DNA from: Candidatus Bathyarchaeia archaeon
GTDB lineage: Archaea; Thermoproteota; Bathyarchaeia; Bathyarchaeales; Bathycorpusculaceae
Length of the DNA: 64,000 nucleotides
NCBI GenBank assembly: GCA_049972525.1
Contig: JBMFKI010000004.1
Span: 15,879 to 79,878, forward strand
Direction: 5' to 3'
How positions within the stretch are numbered: the stretch's first letter is position 1; every line of letters begins with the position of its first letter. Below are positions 57,393 to 64,000 of the stretch, piece after piece. The translations under genes and the position numbers were made by a program. The notes beneath the pieces were generated by a model, which saw only the letters and a program-made list of their open reading frames with translations, was not told the origin of the DNA and did not search any database.

Positions 57393-58583
57393 TTGGCGGT
57401 TGGAAAAATCCAAAAAGCGGTAGTTATAGGTTCTGGAGCTATGGGACATGGAATCGCGCAGCTTCTAGCAATGACTGGACACAATGTTACAATGGTTGAC
57501 GTAAGCGACGAGTTTCTCCAAAAGGGTATGGAGAAAATCAAATGGAGCCTTGAAAAGTTTGTTGAGAAGAAAAGGATTAGACGTGAAGACGCTGACGCTG
57601 CATTAGCTAGGATAAGCACAACAACAAGTTACGAGCAGGCGGCGAAAGACATTGACTTAGCAATAGAGGCAGTCCCGGAAAACATAGAGCTGAAAAAGAA
57701 GGTTTTCGCAACAGTTGACGCAGTGGCGCCTCCGCAAGCGATTTTAGCGTCAAACACTTCAACGCTGAGCATAACGGAGATGGGAAAAGCCACAAAACGC
57801 TCAGACAAAGTTGCTGGAATGCACTTCTTCAATCCACCGCAACTAATGGCTCTTGTGGAAGTGATAAAAGGTGAAGGAACAAGCCAAGAAACGCTAAACA
57901 CACTTGTAGAGCTTGCAAAAAAGCTTGGAAAAACGCCAGTAGTAGTGCGGAAAGACGTTAGGGGCTTTATAGTCAACAGAATTTTAGGCGCAGTTTTCAA
58001 CGAGGCATTCTGGGCTTACTATAGAGGAGAAACGACAAAGGAAGGAATAGATGCTTCAGTAAAATATACGGGTGGTTTTCCAATGGGATGGTTTGAACTT
58101 GCAGACTTTGTTGGTCTGGACATAGCTTATGAAGTTGGTAAAATACTCTATGATGCCTACGGTGAGAGAATGAAGCCATGCGCAGAAGTGATTGAACCAC
58201 TAGTAAAGGAACGCAAGTTCGGACAAAAAACAGGCGTAGGCTTCTACGACTGGACAAAGGGGAGACCACGCATACCATTCAACCTACTCGAGGAATACGA
58301 TGTTGAAAGATCGTGGGCTGTAGCCGCAAACGAGGCGGCATGGCTCATACATGATGATGCCGCAAACCCAGAAGACATAGATACTGGAATGAAGCTCGGC
58401 ACTTATTGGCCTTCAGGTCCCTGCGAATACGCTGACAAGGTTGGTTTAGATGTTATACTGAGCAAATTGAAGGAGCTGTATACCAAATATAACATAGAAA
58501 TGTATAAGCCCTGTCCGCTGCTTGAAGATTACGTTAGCAAGGGCTGGACTGGGAAAAAGGCCGGTAGGGGGTTCTACCAATGA
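57393..58583 (+). CDS. 3-Hydroxyacyl-CoA dehydrogenase
   Basis: Rossmann VIGSGAMGHGIAQ, NTSTLSITE, HFFNPP, and an extended C-terminal dimerisation domain. TTG start after GGAGGAG. Confidence 0.85.
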   Translation: MAVGKIQKAVVIGSGAMGHGIAQLLAMTGHNVTMVDVSDEFLQKGMEKIKWSLEKFVEKKRIRREDADAALARISTTTSYEQAAKDIDLAIEAVPENIELKKKVFATVDAVAPPQAILASNTSTLSITEMGKATKRSDKVAGMHFFNPPQLMALVEVIKGEGTSQETLNTLVELAKKLGKTPVVVRKDVRGFIVNRILGAVFNEAFWAYYRGETTKEGIDASVKYTGGFPMGWFELADFVGLDIAYEVGKILYDAYGERMKPCAEVIEPLVKERKFGQKTGVGFYDWTKGRPRIPFNLLEEYDVERSWAVAANEAAWLIHDDAANPEDIDTGMKLGTYWPSGPCEYADKVGLDVILSKLKELYTKYNIEMYKPCPLLEDYVSKGWTGKKAGRGFYQ

Positions 58584-59734
58584 AATTCGAATTGACGGAA
58601 GAGCAAATTGGAATTGTAAACGCCGTTAGAGAATTTTGCCAAAAAGAGTTTAAGCCAGAACTAGCCTTGGAGCTTGACAAGAAAGAAGAGTTTCCAATTG
58701 AAATCTACAAGAAAGCGGCACAACTGGGTTTCACAAGCATGTTCTTCCCAGAGGAGTACGGTGGGCAAGGCTATGGGCTTCTAGAAGTATGCCTAGTTAT
58801 CGAAGAAATGTGCCGTGCAGACTCCTCATTAGGAGTGGCCGTTTCTAGTGGAAATTTCGGAAGCGATTTGATACTGGCTCATGGAACAAAGGAACAGAAG
58901 GAGAAGTATCTGCCCCCAATATGCAAAGGAGATTTCATATCAGCAGCAGCCTTCACAGAGCCGAACGTGAGTGGAAGCGACATAACACGCATGGAAACGA
59001 CAGCAACAAAATATGGAAACGAATGGTGGATAAATGGGACAAAAACTTTCATAACAAACGCGCCAATGGCAGACTTCATAGTTGTCCTAACACAAACAGA
59101 CACAAAAGTGAGGCCAACATATAGAGGTGAAACACTGTTCGTAGTTGACAAGGGCACGTCTGGACTGGAAACAACGAAACTTCACAACAAAATGGGGATC
59201 AGGTGCTCGGTAACAGGCGAAGTTAAATTTGACAACGTCAAGGTGACAGACGCAGACATCGTTGGGGAACTAAACAGAGGATTCTACTACTCAATGGAGT
59301 TCTTCGACAAAACAAGAGTAGGCGTAGCAGCCCAAGCCGTAGGCATGGCACAAGGAGCATGGGAAATCGCCTTCAAATATGCAAAGCAAAGAGAAGCTTT
59401 CGGACAGCCAATACTGCAACATGAACTTATAGGTTGTGGATTAGCAGAAGCCATGACGAAAATTGAGGCTGCAAGATGGCTAACTTATAGGGCTGCTTGG
59501 CTCATAGATGCTGGAAAGATGGATCCGATGGCAACGGCGATGGCGAAGCAATACGCAGGCAAGGTTGCAATGGAAGTCACCGATTTCGCAATTCAAACGC
59601 TTGGCGGATATGGATATTTGGGCGACTACCGTGTTGAGCGCTACCATAGAGACGCAAAGATAACTGAAATTTACGAGGGAACAAGCGAAATCCAGAAGCT
59701 AACAGTGCTGAAGTATCTGCTCAGGAAATTCTAA
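58580..59734 (+). CDS. Acyl-CoA dehydrogenase, copy 2
   Basis: Paralog of 56134..57288, with AAFTEPNVSGSD, FITNA and IYEGTSEIQ. It overlaps the upstream gene by 4 nt. Confidence 0.9.
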   Translation: MKFELTEEQIGIVNAVREFCQKEFKPELALELDKKEEFPIEIYKKAAQLGFTSMFFPEEYGGQGYGLLEVCLVIEEMCRADSSLGVAVSSGNFGSDLILAHGTKEQKEKYLPPICKGDFISAAAFTEPNVSGSDITRMETTATKYGNEWWINGTKTFITNAPMADFIVVLTQTDTKVRPTYRGETLFVVDKGTSGLETTKLHNKMGIRCSVTGEVKFDNVKVTDADIVGELNRGFYYSMEFFDKTRVGVAAQAVGMAQGAWEIAFKYAKQREAFGQPILQHELIGCGLAEAMTKIEAARWLTYRAAWLIDAGKMDPMATAMAKQYAGKVAMEVTDFAIQTLGGYGYLGDYRVERYHRDAKITEIYEGTSEIQKLTVLKYLLRKF

Positions 59735-59786
59735 GACATGAAAAGTGATAATAATTGCACACAACAAAATAGAGGATGGTGAAAAG

Positions 59787-60575
59787 ATGAGTAAAGCATA
59801 TGAAACTGTAAAAGTGGAGAGGGAACAAAGCGTATTGTGGATAACACTGAACAGGGCGCATAGGCTTAACGCCTTCAACGATGTCCTACTTGAAGAGCTA
59901 GGCGACGCTTTAGATACTGCTGAAAAAGATCCGTCAGTTAGGTGCGTCATAATAACAGGCGAAGGCGACAGAGCCTTCAGCGCGGGCGCAGACGTAACAA
60001 TGTTTCCTAAAGCAACACCAGCCAAAGCAGAAGAATTCTCAAGATTGGGACAGAAGACCTTCGGAAAAATAGAGGAGATGTCAAAACCAGTAATTGCGGC
60101 GATAAACGGCTTCGCCTTAGGCGGAGGGCTAGAGCTAGCCCTAGCATGTGACTTTAGAATAGCAGCGGAACATGCGGAACTTGGAAGCCCAGAAATAGGT
60201 TTAGGTTTAATTCCAGGATGGGGCGGAACACAGAGGCTCGTCAGAATTGTAGGCTTAGCAAAGGCGAAGGAGATGGTTATGCTTGGCGAGCGAATCAAAG
60301 CGGAAGATGCCCTAAAAATTGGTTTAGTTCACAAGGTTGTGCATTTTGACAAGCTTAAAGATGAAACCCGATCCTTGGCGAACAAGATTGCTGAAGGGCC
60401 ACCGATAGCCATGAAATATGCGAAGCATGCCATAAACTTTGGAACACAAGTTCCATTGGAAGTTGGATTGCGCCTAGAGTCTGGGCTTATGGGCTTGGCG
60501 TTTTCAACCGAAGACTTGAAAGAAGGCGTGGAAGCGTTCATGTCGCGACGCAAAGCTGAATTCAAAGGAAAGTAA
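59787..60575 (+). CDS. Enoyl-CoA hydratase (crotonase family)
   Basis: ITLNRAHRLNAF, FSAGADV, AAINGFALGGGLELALACDFRIA. The ATG at 59787 is preferred over the track start at 59745. Confidence 0.85.
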   Translation: MSKAYETVKVEREQSVLWITLNRAHRLNAFNDVLLEELGDALDTAEKDPSVRCVIITGEGDRAFSAGADVTMFPKATPAKAEEFSRLGQKTFGKIEEMSKPVIAAINGFALGGGLELALACDFRIAAEHAELGSPEIGLGLIPGWGGTQRLVRIVGLAKAKEMVMLGERIKAEDALKIGLVHKVVHFDKLKDETRSLANKIAEGPPIAMKYAKHAINFGTQVPLEVGLRLESGLMGLAFSTEDLKEGVEAFMSRRKAEFKGK

Positions 60576-60653
60576 GCGTGAACATAAGCATCAATAACTT
60601 TTTCTCCATCTTACCCTTTTTTGATTTAATGTTTAAAATCAGATGTGGTTAAA

Positions 60654-61826
60654 ATGAGAAAAGTAGCAGTAATAGGAGTTGGAAACTCCAAGTTCGGCGT
60701 TAGAAACGACGTAAACATCGCAGAAATAGCTTACGAGGCTGTTAAGCCATCGCTTGAAGATGCAGGAGTAACCGCCAGAGACATAGAATTTGTAGCTCTT
60801 GGCTCTGTAGGTGCTGGCGCCTGGTATGAGGAACTTCTCCCAGCAGTCGTTACAGCAGAATACTGCGGTTTAACAAAGGCTGGTTTAGTTCGCTGTGAAG
60901 CTGCATGTGCCAGCAGTAGCGCAGCCTTCTTCACTGCTTACTCGGCTATTGCAAGTGGCCAAGTGGAAATAGCAATGGCTTTAGGCGTTGAAAAAATGCG
61001 TGAAATTGATACACCCACTGCTATGGAGTGGATTGGAAGAGCGGGCTATTACCTTTGGGAGTTTCACAATTTTGGAATGACGTTCCCGGCCTACTATGCT
61101 ATGCACGCCACGGCGCACATGGCAAAGTTCGGAACCACTGAGGAAGACTTGGCTTTAGTGGCTGTTAAAAATCATAAGTATGGCTCTATGAACCCCATAG
61201 CGCATTTCCAAAACAGGATAACAGTGGATGATGTGCTTTCATCAATGGTTATAGCTTCGCCTCTTAAGCTGTTTGATTGCTGTCCCATAACGGATGGTGC
61301 AGCATCGATAATTCTCGCTTCAGAAGAAAAAGCTAGGCAATTGGGCGTTGACACTCCGGTGTGGGTTGCTGGGATAGGCTACTCTTCTGGAACAGCAAAC
61401 CTAAGCAGAAGACTTGATTATGTTGGTTTAGAGTCAAGCGTTTACGCTTCGCAGATGGCTTATAAAATGGCTGGTGTAACGCCAAACCAAATAGACTTCG
61501 CAGAGGTTCACGACTGCTTTACAATAGCAGAGATAATGGCTTACGAAGACATCGGATTCTGCAAAAAAGGGGAAGGGGCAAAGCTCATCCGTGAGGGACA
61601 AACAGAAATTGGCGGAAAAATCCCAGTAAACGTGGATGGTGGTTTAAAGGCGAAGGGTCATCCTATAGGTACAACTGGTTGTTCAATGATATACGAATTA
61701 ACAAAGCAGCTTAGGGAAGAAGCCGTAGAAAAAAGCAGGCAGGTTCCACTGAAAAACTACATTGGATTGGCGCATAACGTTGGTGGAACTGGGCATTACT
61801 GTTACGTGACTATCTTAAGGAGGTGA
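60654..61826 (+). CDS. Thiolase (archaeal acetyl-CoA C-acyltransferase type)
   Basis: VAVIGVGNSKFG, active-site region CEAACASSSAAF, DCFT, GHPIGTTG. The ATG at 60654 is preferred over GTG 60645. Confidence 0.85.
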   Translation: MRKVAVIGVGNSKFGVRNDVNIAEIAYEAVKPSLEDAGVTARDIEFVALGSVGAGAWYEELLPAVVTAEYCGLTKAGLVRCEAACASSSAAFFTAYSAIASGQVEIAMALGVEKMREIDTPTAMEWIGRAGYYLWEFHNFGMTFPAYYAMHATAHMAKFGTTEEDLALVAVKNHKYGSMNPIAHFQNRITVDDVLSSMVIASPLKLFDCCPITDGAASIILASEEKARQLGVDTPVWVAGIGYSSGTANLSRRLDYVGLESSVYASQMAYKMAGVTPNQIDFAEVHDCFTIAEIMAYEDIGFCKKGEGAKLIREGQTEIGGKIPVNVDGGLKAKGHPIGTTGCSMIYELTKQLREEAVEKSRQVPLKNYIGLAHNVGGTGHYCYVTILRR

Positions 61827-61830
61827 ATAC

Positions 61831-62259
61831 ATGTCTGCTATGCCTTCTATAAAGTCGAGAGAGATTAAAATTGTGCAGGAGATACCGATAAGTAAAACTT
61901 TGAGGTTTTGGGAAGGCTTAAAAAATGGAAAAGTTTACGCGACGAAATGCGCTAAATGTGGAAAAATCTATTTTCCGCCAGTAGCAGACTGCCCAGAATG
62001 CCTAACATCGAACATGGAATGGACTGAGCTAAGCAACGAAGCAGAGATTGAAACATTCACGCATGTTGTTGCAAGACCAACATCATTCCTGCAGAGTAAA
62101 CCATACACGGTTGCAATTGGAAGGCTTAAAGAAGGCGTGAGAGTGCTTGCATGGCTGACGGGATTTAAACTTTCACAAGTTAAAGTCGGAATGAAAGTTA
62201 AGCTTACAGCCAAAACAACGCCAGAGGGAAACCTAACATACGAGTTCGTTCCACCATAA
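61831..62259 (+). CDS. DUF35 zinc-ribbon/OB-fold protein (thiolase partner)
   Basis: CAKCGKIYFPPVADCPEC rubredoxin-like ribbon followed by an OB-fold segment. It lies directly downstream of the thiolase, as is typical in archaea. Confidence 0.8.
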   Translation: MSAMPSIKSREIKIVQEIPISKTLRFWEGLKNGKVYATKCAKCGKIYFPPVADCPECLTSNMEWTELSNEAEIETFTHVVARPTSFLQSKPYTVAIGRLKEGVRVLAWLTGFKLSQVKVGMKVKLTAKTTPEGNLTYEFVPP

Positions 62260-62302
62260 CAAAATCCTCCATTTTCTTTTTCAAAACGCGAAATGTTGTA
62301 AA

Positions 62303-63115
62303 TTAAAGCTTCTTCAATGTTTCCTTTATCCAGCTTAATGTTTCAGTTATAAGAGTTCTCTCCTTCCCTTTGTAAACGTGATCAGCTGAATCGATAACTA
62401 CAAGTTTTTTAGGTTCCTTTGCAGAGTTGAATATCGCCTTTGCCTCGTCCACTCCGACTATAACGTCCCTATCGCCAATCACGATTAGTAAGGGAACGCC
62501 TTCAAGCTTTGAAACAGCTTCAAGCTCGTCCAGCTTCATTAATTTCTCTCTGACATATCTTGGGCGTAGCGGTATACCGTAAACCTCAAGCTTATAAAAC
62601 CTTGAAACGTCAAGAAGTTTATCAATCCATGAAAGAAGCAGGAAAAGCCATAAGCCAATTCTTCCTCTAGTATTCATAACAAATTTTTTGACGTTGTAAT
62701 TGTGGTTTTTTGGCGTTGACCACAAAACAAGCCCCTTTAAACGTTTGTCGCCTTGAACAGCGTAGATAGACACTGCACCGCCTAGACTATGACCTACAAC
62801 GAAAATTTTTTCCGAGGCGACCTCTTGCCTAGAAGCCAAATAATTCAATGCACATTTAACATCTTCTTGTTCGCCAAGGCCATAATCAAAAGTTCCGTCG
62901 CTTTTCCCCGTTCCTCTGAAATCAAAAAGAAGCGAGACAAACCCGTTTTTACATGCCTCTTCTGCTAGGTCAGAATAAATTTTCAGCAAATGAAAACCTT
63001 GAGCGTTCATTCCATGGCAAATCAGCAGCGCCGGGGCTGGGACAATTTCAGGAAAGTAGATTTCACCGTAAAGCCTCATTCTGGCGCATTCTATCCAAAC
63101 TTTTTCTGTTCTCAA
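62303..63115 (-). CDS. Alpha/beta hydrolase
   Basis: LLICHGMNAQG (oxyanion region), nucleophile elbow GHSLGG, and late D and H residues (GDRD, DH). The track ORF to 63295 overlaps the divergent fadD-like start. A TTG at 63115 or ATG at 63079 is more plausible. Confidence 0.7.
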   Translation of the reverse strand: MRTEKVWIECARMRLYGEIYFPEIVPAPALLICHGMNAQGFHLLKIYSDLAEEACKNGFVSLLFDFRGTGKSDGTFDYGLGEQEDVKCALNYLASRQEVASEKIFVVGHSLGGAVSIYAVQGDKRLKGLVLWSTPKNHNYNVKKFVMNTRGRIGLWLFLLLSWIDKLLDVSRFYKLEVYGIPLRPRYVREKLMKLDELEAVSKLEGVPLLIVIGDRDVIVGVDEAKAIFNSAKEPKKLVVIDSADHVYKGKERTLITETLSWIKETLKKL

Positions 63116-63156
63116 GCATGTCCATCCATGGAAAGTATTATTACATCCTTCAATTG

Positions 63157-63171
63157 CTATATTTAAAAATA
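63157..63171. promoter_or_regulatory. Candidate shared TATA/BRE element in the divergent hydrolase / acyl-CoA synthetase intergenic region
   Basis: CTATATTTAAAAATA lies 15-29 nt upstream of the ATG at 63186. This spacing suggests a leaderless or very short-leader transcript. Confidence 0.3.
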
Positions 63172-63185
63172 GGGTTGACAGAGTT

Positions 63186-64000
63186 ATGCCAACTAAAAGA
63201 AAAAGGGAAAAAGCGAAGGAAGTTGAGAAACCGTCGGAAAAACCCCTAGAAAAGCCATGGTTCAAGTTTTGGCCTGAAGGCGTTCCAAAACACATCGACT
63301 ATCCTGAGATTCCGCTTTTTGATTTTTTGAGGAAAACCGCTGAAAAATATCCAGACAATATTGCACTCGTGTACTTTGATAACAAGATAACCTATAAAGA
63401 GCTGGATTTAGCAACCGACAAGTTTGCAACAGCCTTAACTGATTTTGGAGTGAAAAAGGGTGACAAGGTAGCTATCTTTCTTCCTAACGTCCCACAATTT
63501 ATAATTGCGTATTATGGCGCAATCAAGACTGGCGCAATTGTGACGGCTATAAGTCCACTATACAAGGAGCGTGAAGTGGAGCATCAACTTAACGATTCAG
63601 AGGCGGAAACGGTAGTTGTTTTGGATATGCTTTACCCAATAATCGAAAAGGTGTGGGAGAAAACAAAGCTGAAGATGGTGATTGTAACTGGGCTTAAGGA
63701 TTACATGCCGTCGATGACAGCGTTTCTAGGCTCTTTGCTTGGAAAGATACCATCACACAAGGTTGAACGTAAACCAAACGTATACTTCTTCAAAGAACTT
63801 CTAAGCAAATATGAGGCAAAGCCTCCAGTTGTCGAAATTAACCCTAAGGAAGACTTAGTGGCGCTTCAGTATACTGGCGGAACTACTGGAACTTCAAAAG
63901 GTGCTATGTTAACGCATATGAACCTTGTTTCAAACGCTATAATGTGCAGAGCTTGGCTCAAAGATGCTCAGGAAGGAAACGAGGTTTTCTTAGCTGTTTT
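63186..64000 (+). CDS. Long-chain/medium-chain acyl-CoA synthetase (AMP-forming), 3'-truncated by window edge
   Basis: Not in the ORF track because there is no stop in the window. The manual translation from ATG 63186 gives MPTKRKREKAKE...PWFKFWPEGVPKHIDYPEIPLFDFLRKTAEKYPDNIALVY...LQYTGGTTGTSKGAMLTH, the AMP-binding signature. Confidence 0.85.
   Translation, partial: MPTKRKREKAKEVEKPSEKPLEKPWFKFWPEGVPKHIDYPEIPLFDFLRKTAEKYPDNIALVYFDNKITYKELDLATDKFATALTDFGVKKGDKVAIFLPNVPQFIIAYYGAIKTGAIVTAISPLYKEREVEHQLNDSEAETVVVLDMLYPIIEKVWEKTKLKMVIVTGLKDYMPSMTAFLGSLLGKIPSHKVERKPNVYFFKELLSKYEAKPPVVEINPKEDLVALQYTGGTTGTSKGAMLTHMNLVSNAIMCRAWLKDAQEGNEVFLAV

Noticed and set aside
62303-63295. Full 330-aa version of the alpha/beta hydrolase ORF
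   Set aside because: The first 60 codons are low-complexity (FSRGFSDGFSTSFAFS). They overlap the start of the divergent acyl-CoA synthetase and the likely shared TATA element. A shorter start (63115 or 63079) was chosen.

Overview
Gene-dense archaeal chromosomal segment with about 62 protein genes. I recognised no rRNA, tRNA, CRISPR array or transposase. Archaeal identity rests on sn-glycerol-1-phosphate dehydrogenase, ribosomal proteins eL37 and uS10, an Sm-like protein, aCPSF1, proteasome beta subunit, Rad50-Mre11 and SepF.

Layout:
- 1-17 kb: housekeeping genes. These are an FAH-family hydrolase, rad50-mre11, an AN1-finger/M50 protease fusion, uS10, a HAD hydrolase, the Sm-eL37 operon, a PUA protein, SepF, aCPSF1, PsmB, EgsA, FKBP, MscS, MFS, an apparently frameshifted kptA, a short biotin-protein ligase and methylmalonyl-CoA epimerase.
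- 17.2-23 kb: an anchor-less TfrAB-type fumarate reductase, and an aldehyde:ferredoxin oxidoreductase with its ferredoxin.
- 23-54.2 kb: an unusually dense island of electron-bifurcation-type modules. It holds two paralogous MvhAG [NiFe] hydrogenases, two HdrBC pairs, one HdrD, three HdrA variants, six MvhD-type domains, two GltD/NfnB-type NAD(P)H modules, a thioredoxin reductase and an ADP-forming acyl-CoA synthetase-GNAT fusion. One HdrA is a 1010-aa tandem form and two are HdrA-MvhD fusions.
- 54.3-64 kb: a complete beta-oxidation operon (etfBA, two acyl-CoA dehydrogenases, 3-hydroxyacyl-CoA dehydrogenase, crotonase, thiolase plus DUF35 partner). It is followed by an alpha/beta hydrolase and a 3'-truncated acyl-CoA synthetase.

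Best candidates for undescribed biology:
- The operon at 27.4-34.1 kb. It combines a GltD-ferredoxin fusion, an MvhD-winged-helix fusion and a tandem HdrA, and is preceded by an RHH-GcvH-like protein whose lipoyl-lysine position is methionine.
- A (ferredoxin-MvhD)x2 protein apparently translationally coupled to NfnAB-like genes.
- An HdrD/HdrA pair whose MvhD-like domain has lost every cysteine, divergently joined to the Etf/beta-oxidation operon.

All functional calls come from motif and architecture recognition by eye. No database search was run.
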